Positions 1 through 8,628 of a stretch of 64,000 bases of DNA are shown here, piece after piece. How positions within the stretch are numbered: the first letter of the stretch is position 1; the number at the start of each line of letters is the position of its first letter. The DNA is from Acidimicrobiia bacterium (lineage in GTDB: Bacteria; Actinomycetota; Acidimicrobiia; Spongiisociales; UBA5794). The notes under the pieces were generated by a model, which worked only from the letters and a program-made list of their open reading frames with translations, ran no database searches and was not told where the DNA came from. The stretch covers positions 25,656 to 89,655 of the forward strand of contig JAOZRW010000001.1 of the NCBI GenBank assembly GCA_029939995.1, given 5' to 3'. Made by a program: the position numbers and the translations under genes.

Positions 1-3000
1 GGCCTCGGCGATCGCCTTGACCGCCTGCGTGTTGTTCGCCCCGATCGCGATGTGGGCCACGTACACGTTGCCGTACGACATGGCGATCTGGCCGAGGTCC
101 TTCTTGGCCGTCGCTTTTCCGCCGGCCGCGAACTTGGCCACGGCTGCTCGCGGTGTCGCCTTCGACGCCTGGCCCCCGGTGTTCGAGTACACCTCGGTAT
201 CGAGGACGAGGATGTTGATGTTCTTGCCGGAAGCGATCGCGTGATCGAGGCCTCCGAAGCCGATGTCGTAGGCCCAACCGTCCCCGCCCATGATCCACAC
301 GCTCCGGTCGACGAGTGCGCCGACGACGACCTCCAGCCTCCTCGCCTCCTCGCCGTCGATGTCGGCGAGCTTCGCGGTGAGTTCGGCTATGTGTGAACGC
401 TGCGCAGCGATCCCCGCAGGACCCGACTGGTCGGCTTCGAGGATCGACGTGACGAGATCCTCTCCGACGACGCCGGACATCCCCTCGAGAAGCCGCCGCG
501 CCTCTGCAGTCTCCATGTCGATGGCGAGCCGCATCCCGAGGCCGAACTCCGCGTTGTCCTCGAACAGCGAGTTGGACCACACCGGGCCGCGTCCTTCGTC
601 GTTCGTCCTCCAGGGCGTCGTCGGGAGGTTCCCGCCGTAGATCGACGAGCATCCCGTCGCGTTCGCCACGACCAGCCGGTCACCGAAGAGTTGGCTGACG
701 AGCTTCACATAGGGCGTCTCTCCGCAGCCGGCGCATGCCCCTGAGAACTCGAACAACGGTTCGAGCATCTGCGAGCCTTTCACCGTCGCGAGCTTGAACT
801 GGTCGCGCGGCGGTTCGGGGATCGTGGTGAAGAAGTCCCAGTTCGTTCGCTCGATGTCCAGATGGTCGAGCTTCGGCTCCATGTTGAGCGCCTTGTGCTT
901 GACCTCCGTCTTCGACTTGGCCGGGCAGACGTCCACGCAGACGCCGCAGCCGGTGCAGTCGTCGGGGGACACCTGGATCGACATGAGATGGTCCGGCAGT
1001 TCGCGGCTCCGGAATCCGCGGGTCTTGAAGGTGTCGGGCGCCCCTTCGAGCGCGCTCGGCTCGAACACCTTCATCCTGATCGCCGCGTGCGGGCACACGA
1101 GGGCGCACTTGGCGCACTCGATGCAGATCTCCGGATCGAAGATCGGGATGTCGACGGCGATGCTGCGCTTCTCGTACTGCGTCGTCCCCGTCATGAACGT
1201 CCCATCCACGGGGAGCGCCGAGACGGGCAGCTGGTCGCCGCGGTCTTCGAGCATCATCGCGGTCACCCGCTGCACGAAGTCCGGAGCATCCGCCGGCACC
1301 GTTCGCCGCATCGCGATCGTCGACGTGACCTCCGACGGGACCGCTACGCGATGCAGGTTCTCGACGGCGCCGTCGACCGCCGCGAAGTTCTTCTCGACGA
1401 CGACGTCGCCGAACTTCGAGTACGACTTCTTGATCGCCTTCTTGATGGAGCCGATGGCTTCGTCCTGCGGCATCAGCTCGGCCAAAGCGAAGAAACAGGT
1501 CTGGAGAACCGTGTTCGTGCGCTGGCCGAGCCCGGCGTCTCTGGCGACCGATGTCGCATCGACGACGTAGAACGCGAGTTCCTTGTCGATGATCTCCCGC
1601 TGGACGTCGGAGGGCAGCTCTCCCCAGACTTCGTCCGGGCCGTACGGGCTGTTCAGGAGGAACGTCGATCCCTTCCCGGCCTTCGCGAGAACGTCGACCT
1701 TGTGCACGAATTCGAACTGGTGGCACGCCACGAAGGTCGCGTCATCGATGAGGTACGTCGCTTCGATGGGCGACGGGTCGAATCGAACGTGCGACGTGGT
1801 CATCGAACCCGACTTGCGCGAGTCGTAGACGAAGTACCCCTGTGCGTAGAGAGCCGTCTCGTCCCCGACGATCTTGACGGTGTTCTTGTTGGCCCCGACG
1901 GTTCCGTCTGCACCGAGACCGTAGAACACCGCCCGCACCTGCGCCTCGCGCCCCGTCTCGAAATCGGCACGCGGCTCGATGGACAGGTGGGTGACGTCGT
2001 CGACGATGCCGACGGTGAATCGCCGTTTCGGATCTTCCTTGCGGGCCTCGTCGAAGACGCCGGCGGCCATCGCAGGCGTGAACTCCTTCGACGACAAGCC
2101 GTACCGACCGCCGATGACGCGCGGCGGGTTGGCCCATGAGGTGCGTCCGAGCTGCGTCTCTTCCGCTACGACCGTCAACACGTCCTGGAAGAGCGGCTCC
2201 CCGATCGCGCCGGGTTCCTTCGTTCGATCCAGCACCGCGATCGTCTCGACGGTCGAGGGCAGTGCGGCGATCAACGCCTCGGTGGAGAAGGGGCGGAAGA
2301 GGCGGACCTTCACCAATCCGACTTTCTCGCCCTGTTCGACGAGCGCCCGAACGGCCTCTTCGGCTGCTCCGACTCCGGAGCCCATCATCACCATCACCTC
2401 GGTGGCGTCGGGCGCTCCGACGTAGTCGAAGAGGTGGTAGGCGCGTCCGATCCGATCGGCGAATCGATCCATCGCCCTCTGGACGATGTCGGGTGTGGCC
2501 TCGTAGAAGCGGTTGCAGGCTTCACGGGCCTGGAAGAACACATCCGGGTTCTGGGCGGTGCCGCGAAGAACGGGCTTGTCCGGGTCCATCCGCCGTTCCC
2601 GGTGGGCGATCACTCCGTCGATCGGGATCAGAGACCGAAGGTCGTCGTCGGAGATCTCCTCGATCATGTTCACCTCGTGGGAGGTGCGGAACCCGTCGAA
2701 GAAGTGGAGGAACGGGATCCGGCTCTCGAGGGTCGCCATCTGGGCGATCGCCGCCATGTCGTGGGCTTCCTGGACCGAGTTCGAAGACAGCAGCGCCCAT
2801 CCCGTTCCGCGGGTCGCCATCACATCGCTGTGGTCCCCGAAGATGGACAGGGCGTGGGTCGCCACGGAGCGGGCCGCCACGTGGAAGACCGCAGGCGTCA
2901 ACTCACCGGCGATCTTGAACATGTTCGGGATCATCAGCAGAAGGCCCTGCGACGCCGTGAACGTTCCCGTCAGCGCGCCGCCCTGGATCGCTCCGTGAAC

Positions 3001-3228
3001 GGCGCCGGCGGCGCCGGCCTCGCTCTGCATCTCGATGACGTCGGGGATGTTCCCCCAGATGTTCGGCCGCCCCTGATTCGACCAGGCGTCGGCGTGCTCG
3101 CCCATCGGGGACGACGGGGTGATCGGGTAGATGGCGAGGACTTCATTCGTGCGGTATGCGACGGACGCGGCTGCTTCGTTGCCATCGACCGTGAGCACGG
3201 TCCGCGTCGGCGCTTCGATGATGGTCAT
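1..3228 (-). CDS. nifJ: pyruvate:ferredoxin/flavodoxin oxidoreductase (PFOR), C-terminal end cut by window edge
   Basis: Absent from ORF track because it runs off the left edge. Reverse-strand translation from ATG at 3228 reads MTIIEAPTRTVLTVDGNEAAASVAYRTNEVLAIYPITPSSPMGE..MQSEAGAAGAVHG..FFDGFRTSHE. It has two 4Fe-4S motifs (CIECAKCALVCPHA, CTGCGVCVDVCP) and a TPP motif GGDGWAYDIGFGGLDH. GGAGG lies about 10 nt upstream. Confidence 0.93.
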   Translation of the reverse strand, partial: MTIIEAPTRTVLTVDGNEAAASVAYRTNEVLAIYPITPSSPMGEHADAWSNQGRPNIWGNIPDVIEMQSEAGAAGAVHGAIQGGALTGTFTASQGLLLMIPNMFKIAGELTPAVFHVAARSVATHALSIFGDHSDVMATRGTGWALLSSNSVQEAHDMAAIAQMATLESRIPFLHFFDGFRTSHEVNMIEEISDDDLRSLIPIDGVIAHRERRMDPDKPVLRGTAQNPDVFFQAREACNRFYEATPDIVQRAMDRFADRIGRAYHLFDYVGAPDATEVMVMMGSGVGAAEEAVRALVEQGEKVGLVKVRLFRPFSTEALIAALPSTVETIAVLDRTKEPGAIGEPLFQDVLTVVAEETQLGRTSWANPPRVIGGRYGLSSKEFTPAMAAGVFDEARKEDPKRRFTVGIVDDVTHLSIEPRADFETGREAQVRAVFYGLGADGTVGANKNTVKIVGDETALYAQGYFVYDSRKSGSMTTSHVRFDPSPIEATYLIDDATFVACHQFEFVHKVDVLAKAGKGSTFLLNSPYGPDEVWGELPSDVQREIIDKELAFYVVDATSVARDAGLGQRTNTVLQTCFFALAELMPQDEAIGSIKKAIKKSYSKFGDVVVEKNFAAVDGAVENLHRVAVPSEVTSTIAMRRTVPADAPDFVQRVTAMMLEDRGDQLPVSALPVDGTFMTGTTQYEKRSIAVDIPIFDPEICIECAKCALVCPHAAIRMKVFEPSALEGAPDTFKTRGFRSRELPDHLMSIQVSPDDCTGCGVCVDVCPAKSKTEVKHKALNMEPKLDHLDIERTNWDFFTTIPEPPRDQFKLATVKGSQMLEPLFEFSGACAGCGETPYVKLVSQLFGDRLVVANATGCSSIYGGNLPTTPWRTNDEGRGPVWSNSLFEDNAEFGLGMRLAIDMETAEARRLLEGMSGVVGEDLVTSILEADQSGPAGIAAQRSHIAELTAKLADIDGEEARRLEVVVGALVDRSVWIMGGDGWAYDIGFGGLDHAIASGKNINILVLDTEVYSNTGGQASKATPRAAVAKFAAGGKATAKKDLGQIAMSYGNVYVAHIAIGANNTQAVKAIAEA

Positions 3229-3292
3229 GGGGAGAGACCCTCCGGCATCGCGAAGCCTCCATGATAGGAGGCGGCGATACCGGAGTTCTCCG

Positions 3293-4057
3293 TCACGCCT
3301 CGAGTTCGGTTGCCTCTCCGGTCTCTTCCGGCGCCGTCGCCTCGGTCGTCAGACCGAGTTCGGCTTTCAATTCCTCGAGCTTGGCGTCGGCTTGCGCTTC
3401 GTTCATCGCCTGACGCAGCTCGGCTTCCCCGCCTTCGGGGGTCGCTTCGAAGACCTCGGCCTTCGCCATCGCCTGTGCCTGACGCTTCTCGATCTTCTCC
3501 TCGACCGATTCGAGCGTCGGAATCTCGTCGTCGAGCGTCGCGGACATCGACTGAACTGCGGCGTTGACCGACTCCTGCATCTTCGCCTGCTCGAGAGCAC
3601 CGAGCAGTTCCATCTGCTTGGCCGTGAGCTCCTGGAGCTTGACGGCATTCGCCTGAACGGCGCTCTTGGCCTGATCTGCCTGGGTGATCGCGGTCTGGTA
3701 CTGCGCCTTGAGCGACGTGAGGTTGTTCTCCGACGCCTGGAGCTTCGCCGCCTGGGCCTGGGCGATGTTGGTCCACTTCGCGACGCCCGCAGTGTCCCCG
3801 GCGGCCTTCGCCTCTTCGGCCTTCAGGATCGCCTGCTTCGCCATCTCCCGGGATTCGCCGACCTGGTCCGCGGCCTTCTCGATCTTGGCTTCGAGCTGGG
3901 TCCGATGCGCCACGATGTTGGCGGCCTGATTCCGCAGTTCCTGGTTCTTCTTCTTCGCCTGATCGATCGCCATCTGGATCTCGATCTCAGGATCCATCAT
4001 CTTGTCGGAACTCTGCTTGAACCACGACTTGAAGTACTCCCACCATTTCTTGAACAT
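3293..4057 (-). CDS. pspA: PspA/IM30 family (phage shock protein A-like) coiled-coil protein
   Basis: 254 aa. N-terminus MFKKWWEYFKSWFKQ..DPEIEIQMAIDQAKKKNQELRNQAANIVA followed by long heptad-rich helices is typical of PspA/IM30. Confidence 0.88.
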   Translation of the reverse strand: MFKKWWEYFKSWFKQSSDKMMDPEIEIQMAIDQAKKKNQELRNQAANIVAHRTQLEAKIEKAADQVGESREMAKQAILKAEEAKAAGDTAGVAKWTNIAQAQAAKLQASENNLTSLKAQYQTAITQADQAKSAVQANAVKLQELTAKQMELLGALEQAKMQESVNAAVQSMSATLDDEIPTLESVEEKIEKRQAQAMAKAEVFEATPEGGEAELRQAMNEAQADAKLEELKAELGLTTEATAPEETGEATELEA

Positions 4058-4109
4058 CGCTGTGTCCCTCTCTTCTCGCCAAACTGATCCGTCGATTGTA
4101 GGAGCGCCT

Positions 4110-5192
4110 TCAACCGCGACGGCGACCGCCTCCGCGCATACGGCCGCTGCTCGACGATCGCGACCGGGTGGACGATCCCGACGACCGGGTGGACGAAGGC
4201 CGTGCCGAGCGGCGCCGTGACCCCATCGATCCCATGAGGAGCCCGGTCATCAAAGCCGTCGTGCCCGATGAACGGCTCCGGTTCGGGCGCCGGTACGTGG
4301 TCGGCGGGACGCGGGGCGGAGCCGTGAGAGGCGAACCTGCTGGAGGAGGCGCCGTCGGCTGCGGCTTCTCCGGCTTCGGCGGCATGGGCTGCCCGTCGAG
4401 AAGCGCCTCAACGCTGTCGAGACGCCAGATCGCCATGTCGAGATCTTCCGCCATGTCCAACAGTTCCTGGGGGACCGTCGCGTGCTCGTACGCGCCGAGC
4501 GCCTTCGCGTACTGCTCGGTCGCAGACGCGTAGAGAACGGGCACGGCCGGATCGTCGGACGCCGAAACCTCGTCCTCGAGATCGATGATGTCGTTCGCCA
4601 CCGCATCGAGCCGTCGCTTCACCTCGGAGCGGGCCTGATCGATCGACTTCTGCTTCGCTTCCTTCGACGAGCGCGATGCCCTCCAGAAGATGAAGACCCC
4701 GCCGAGAACGATCACACCGAGGATGATCCAGCCCCACGGGAGTCCCCCGCCCCCACCGGGCTCTGCACCTCCGACCGGTCGGTCGATCAGCGTCGACACG
4801 AACAGTTCGACCACCTCGGTGTCCGTTGCGCCGTCCAGCGAGGCGTCGGTCGCGGCGTCGAGTTGCTCCCTGCTGTAGACGTCTCCCTGCGATGCCCACG
4901 CGACCGTTTCCGGCGCAACCACGAACACGGTTCCGGTGCCGCCCATGGCATCGAGTGTGTTGTCGGCGAAGACCGGCGCTCCACCGGAGGGTTCGGTTGC
5001 GAGGACCGCGATGGAGAGGTCGCCGCCGGCGAACCGGGCCTCCGTGACGGCGTTCTCGACGGCCTCCGGATCCGCCCCCGAACCCGCCTCGACGAAGAAC
5101 CCCTGCGCCTCGAGCGTCGCCGCCACCTCGACGGGTTGGGCGGCGCCGACGAGCACCACGATCGCTGCAATGGAGAGGAGGATTCGCTTCAT
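4110..5192 (-). CDS. membrane protein, possible TPM-like extracytoplasmic domain, PspA-adjacent
   Basis: Start taken at MKRILLSIAAIVVLVGAA (signal/TM). It has a central TM WGWIILGVIVLGGVFIFW, a cytoplasmic helical part, a Pro-rich stretch and an Arg/Ser-rich tail. The domain assignment is tentative. Confidence 0.6.
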   Translation of the reverse strand: MKRILLSIAAIVVLVGAAQPVEVAATLEAQGFFVEAGSGADPEAVENAVTEARFAGGDLSIAVLATEPSGGAPVFADNTLDAMGGTGTVFVVAPETVAWASQGDVYSREQLDAATDASLDGATDTEVVELFVSTLIDRPVGGAEPGGGGGLPWGWIILGVIVLGGVFIFWRASRSSKEAKQKSIDQARSEVKRRLDAVANDIIDLEDEVSASDDPAVPVLYASATEQYAKALGAYEHATVPQELLDMAEDLDMAIWRLDSVEALLDGQPMPPKPEKPQPTAPPPAGSPLTAPPRVPPTTYRRPNRSRSSGTTALMTGLLMGSMGSRRRSARPSSTRSSGSSTRSRSSSSGRMRGGGRRRG

Positions 5193-5226
5193 CCCGTGAG
5201 CGTACCCAACCCGTCGCACGGTCCGG

Positions 5227-6138
5227 TCATCTCCCGACGGCCGCACGCAGGAAGAACGCCAGGTTCGCGGGCCGCTCGGCCATGCGCCGCGTCAGATACG
5301 GGTACCACGCCGTCCCGTACGGGACGTAGAGACGAAGCGGGTAGCCGTCGGCGATGAGCGACTTCTGGAGATTCCTCCGGATCCCGTACAGCATCTGGAA
5401 CTCCCACGGTTCGTCACGCCCGGCGGCGAGTTGTTTCGTGAGTTCGATCCTGGCGTCGTCGTGTGTGGCGATGGCCGGAGTGATTCCGGGTGTTGCCATC
5501 AGCCGACGCGTCAACGCATCGAACGCCGCATCGACGGCGGCCTTCTCCTGATGAGCGGTCGTCGAGGGCTCCGCGTAGGCGCCCTTGCAGAGGCGCACGA
5601 GGCCGCCGCGAGGCACGATCCGGTCGAGGTCCGCCGGTGTGCGATAGAGGTAGCTCTGCACCGCGATGCCGACGTTCCCGTACCGGCTCTGAACGTCCTC
5701 GAACGCGGTCACGATCTTCTCGACGTGCCGGGACTCCTCCATGTCGATCGTCACCGTCGTACCGCCCCGGGCGGCACGTTCGGCGAGCGCGTTCAGAGAC
5801 TCGAGTGCGAGATCGTCGTCGAATCCGAGCCCGAGTTGGGTGAGCTTGACCGAGATCTCGGCGTCCAGCCCCTCAGCGTCGATACGGTCGAGACAGTCGA
5901 GGTAGTCGTTTCTCGCCTCGATCGCAGCCGTTCCGTCGGCCACGTGTTCTCCGAGGTGATCGAGGGAGACTCGTGCCCCCATGCCGTTGATCGCCCGGGC
6001 TGCGACGACGGCGTCGTCGATCGTCTCTCCCGCGACGAATCTCAGCGAGAGCCGACGCCCCGCCGTCGACTCCGCGAAGACCTTGCGAACGGATGATCGG
6101 TTCGTGACGGCGAGAAGGCTCCGACCGATGACGTTCAT
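5227..6138 (-). CDS. proline dehydrogenase (monofunctional PutA-like)
   Basis: 303 aa. Motifs SLDHLGE, VKLTQLG, IAVQSYLYR, RLCKGAY and FQMLYGIR are characteristic of the PRODH family. Confidence 0.9.
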   Translation of the reverse strand: MNVIGRSLLAVTNRSSVRKVFAESTAGRRLSLRFVAGETIDDAVVAARAINGMGARVSLDHLGEHVADGTAAIEARNDYLDCLDRIDAEGLDAEISVKLTQLGLGFDDDLALESLNALAERAARGGTTVTIDMEESRHVEKIVTAFEDVQSRYGNVGIAVQSYLYRTPADLDRIVPRGGLVRLCKGAYAEPSTTAHQEKAAVDAAFDALTRRLMATPGITPAIATHDDARIELTKQLAAGRDEPWEFQMLYGIRRNLQKSLIADGYPLRLYVPYGTAWYPYLTRRMAERPANLAFFLRAAVGR

Positions 6139-6959
6139 GACCTGAATCGCTCGGTGGCGGCCTCACCGAGCTCATGCGACCGGCGGGTCGCCGCCTGGAT
6201 CGCGTCCTCCATGAGGGCCCGGAATCCGCCCTCCTCGAGCACGTGCATGGCGGCCGCCGTCGTCCCTCCCGGAGAGGTCACTTCACCCCGGAGCCGGAAC
6301 GCGCTCTTCTCCGATCCGGCGAGCAGCATCCCGGATCCCCGCAGGGTTTGATGCACGAGACGCTCGGCCGCGTGGTGAGGAAGCCCCTCGCGAATGGCCG
6401 CCTCGGTCATCGCTTCCGCGAGGAGGAACACGTATGCGGGTCCCGTACCGGACACGGCGGTGACGGCGTCGAGCAGGTCTTCCGAGAGACGGATCGTTTC
6501 CCCTACGGCACCGAGGACGGCCGCGGCGTCTTCCATCGCGGGCTCGTCTGCGTGGGCTCCGCCACAGTACGCCGTCATCCCTTCGTCGACCGACGCCGGC
6601 GTGTTCGGCATCGAACGGACGACGGGGATCCCGGGGAGGGCCTCTTCGTACAGGGCGAGTGTGATCCCCGCGGCGAGCGACACGACCACCTGATCGGCGG
6701 TGAGCGTCTCCGCGATCTGAGAGAGCAGCACGGGCACGTCTCTCGGCTTGACCGCGATGACCACGACGCGCTTACCTGCCGCTGCTTCAGCGGCGTCGAG
6801 CACGGTGGTGACGCCGGTGCGGAACTCGGCCTCCCTGGCCCGCTCCGGCCGCCGCGCGGCGAGAGTGAGGTCTTCGGGCGCCCACCCGGCCCGTACCAGG
6901 CCGCGAGCAACGATCTCCCCCATGGACCCGGCCCCGAGAATTCCAACCGAAGGTTTCAT
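6135..6959 (-). CDS. proC: pyrroline-5-carboxylate reductase
   Basis: Start set at MKPSVGILGAGSMGE (Rossmann GxGxxG). The C-terminal motif TSPGGTTAAAM is present. The upstream part of the track ORF (to 7112) is translation of a repeat element. The stop overlaps the PRODH start (ATGA). Confidence 0.9.
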   Translation of the reverse strand: MKPSVGILGAGSMGEIVARGLVRAGWAPEDLTLAARRPERAREAEFRTGVTTVLDAAEAAAGKRVVVIAVKPRDVPVLLSQIAETLTADQVVVSLAAGITLALYEEALPGIPVVRSMPNTPASVDEGMTAYCGGAHADEPAMEDAAAVLGAVGETIRLSEDLLDAVTAVSGTGPAYVFLLAEAMTEAAIREGLPHHAAERLVHQTLRGSGMLLAGSEKSAFRLRGEVTSPGGTTAAAMHVLEEGGFRALMEDAIQAATRRSHELGEAATERFRS

Positions 6960-6981
6960 CCCCCCGATCCTAGTTGCGCGC

Positions 6982-7033
6982 TGCGAACCCAGGGCTCGCA
7001 GGCGGAAATAGCCGCGTTTCCGGCCCACAGAAC
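6982..7033 (-). repeat. 52-nt hairpin-forming intergenic element, copy 1 (inverted relative to copies 2 and 3)
   Basis: The reverse complement gttctgtgggccggaaacgcggctatttccgcctgcgagccctgggttcgca matches copies at 8068 and 9936 with 3-5 mismatches. Confidence 0.85.
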
Positions 7034-7075
7034 AGACCCCTAGGAACCCGCCGACGGAGTCGGCATGATGCCCCC

Positions 7076-7990
7076 ATGAGCAACGAACGAAACGCCCTCG
7101 ACATCGCGTCACTCCAGGGTGGCGTGATCACTGCCGCGCAGGCCCGAGAGTGTGGGATCAATCGGCACGCGGTCCGGTACCGCCTGAGCACCGGCCGATG
7201 GACGAGGGTCTCCCGGTCGGTCTATCGGCTCGTTGATATGGATGAACCGGCCCAACTCCTTCGCGCCGCTATCACCGCACTCCCCAACTCGGTCGTCTCG
7301 CATGAGTCCGCAGCGGAATTGCACGACATCCCTCGCGTCCGGCGCGGTCTCGCGGTCATCAGCGTCCACACCCGAACCACGCACGTGTTCCCGGGTGTGA
7401 TCATCCGCCGGAACCACGATCTCCTGGAACACCACACGGAGTTGGTTGCCGGGTTGCCCGCCACGACGCTTCCCCGCACCGTCATGGACCTTGCGGCCCT
7501 CTTGCATCCCCGGCATATCGAACGAATCGTCGACGATCTCACCACTGAGAAACGTCTCAGCACGAAGACCCTGAGCGAGGTGCTCGACGATGTGGCCCGC
7601 CGCGGCAAGCCCGGATCGACCACGATCCGCACCATCCTGAGGAACCGTGGTTGGGGCCTCGACCGGGACGCCACCGTCCTCGAGCGTCGAGGCTTGGCGG
7701 TCCTCCGCGCCGGCGGCCTACCGGATCCCGTGCTCGAACTCCCGATCCCCTGGAACCCGACCCGTCGATTCGACGCCGCATACCCCGACTTCAGAATTGC
7801 GATCGAGTGGGACTCCCGGCGATGGCACCAGAGCGACGAAGCCTTCGAACAGGATCGGGAGCGGGACCGATCGGCGCTTCTCCACGGATGGTCGGTCTAC
7901 CGATTCACCTGGCGCGATGTGACTGAGCGACCCCAGCACGTCATTGCGACGATCCGAACGGCGATCGAGACGGCCGAGGCGGCCGAGTAG
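7076..7990 (+). CDS. AbiEi_4-like wHTH plus DUF559 (Vsr-fold endonuclease-like) domain protein
   Basis: N-terminus LQGGVITAAQARECGINRHAVRYRLSTGRWTRVSRSVYRL. C-terminus YPDFRIAIEWDSRRWHQSDEAFEQDRERDRSALLHGWSVYRFTWRDV is typical of DUF559. Start set at MSNERN; the upstream track extension is repeat-derived. Confidence 0.8.
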   Translation: MSNERNALDIASLQGGVITAAQARECGINRHAVRYRLSTGRWTRVSRSVYRLVDMDEPAQLLRAAITALPNSVVSHESAAELHDIPRVRRGLAVISVHTRTTHVFPGVIIRRNHDLLEHHTELVAGLPATTLPRTVMDLAALLHPRHIERIVDDLTTEKRLSTKTLSEVLDDVARRGKPGSTTIRTILRNRGWGLDRDATVLERRGLAVLRAGGLPDPVLELPIPWNPTRRFDAAYPDFRIAIEWDSRRWHQSDEAFEQDRERDRSALLHGWSVYRFTWRDVTERPQHVIATIRTAIETAEAAE

Positions 7991-8067
7991 AGAGGTCATG
8001 ACAACGAGCCGTGGTCGAAGGGGATGCCCATCTCCGCCCGGGAACGCCGGACTCGCCTGCCACTTCG

Positions 8068-8119
8068 GTTCTCTGGGCTGGAAACGCGCCTATGTCCGCC
8101 TACGAGCCCTGGGTTCGCA
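8068..8119 (+). repeat. 52-nt hairpin-forming intergenic element, copy 2
   Basis: gttctctgggctggaaacgcgcctatgtccgcctacgagccctgggttcgca. It overlaps the last codons and stop of the macro-domain gene. Confidence 0.85.
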
Positions 8120-8627
8120 GCGCGGTGCGGAAGGAGTCGGCGATGTCGCTGCCGAACGCGACGAGGCGGATCTCTTCGAGGGATCCGTTCGCGTCGAGCC
8201 ATCGCCGGACTTCGTCCGCGATGATCCGGCACGCGTCGGCCGGCGGATACCCGAAGATCCCGGCGGAGATGGCCGGCAACGCGACGGACCGCGCCCCGAG
8301 GTCCGCCGAGACGTCGAGTGCGGCGCGAACGGCGCTGCGGAGCATCCCCTCGTTGTCCTGCCCTGATCGATAGACGGGCCCGACGACGTGCACGACGTAC
8401 CGGGCCGGCATGGGACCCGCCGAGGTGACCGCCGCGCCTCCGGGCGGCACCGGCCCGTGCTCATCGATCCATGCCCGAGACTCCTCGTCGACCGCCGGAG
8501 CTCCCGCCGATGCGATCGCCGCCGCGACGCCTCCTCCGTGAGCGAGATGGGCGTTCGCCGCGTTGACGATCACGTCGACGTCCTGTTTCGTGATGTCACC
8601 GCGCACGACCGTGACTCGTCCCGTCAT
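8100..8627 (-). CDS. macro domain protein (ADP-ribose binding / O-acetyl-ADP-ribose deacetylase-like)
   Basis: 175 aa. Motifs GDITKQDVDVIVNAANAHLAHGGGVAAAI and ALPAISAGIFGYP are classic macro-domain signatures. Confidence 0.9.
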   Translation of the reverse strand: MTGRVTVVRGDITKQDVDVIVNAANAHLAHGGGVAAAIASAGAPAVDEESRAWIDEHGPVPPGGAAVTSAGPMPARYVVHVVGPVYRSGQDNEGMLRSAVRAALDVSADLGARSVALPAISAGIFGYPPADACRIIADEVRRWLDANGSLEEIRLVAFGSDIADSFRTALRTQGS

Positions 8628-8628
8628 G

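Noticed and set aside
6135-7112. N-terminal extensions of proC, of the DUF559 gene (from 6974) and of the nitroreductase (to 9995), containing NPGL(A/V)GG or LRALGSQR peptides
   Set aside because: These peptides are simply translations of the 52-nt repeat in different frames. Internal starts with conserved N-termini fit the families better.
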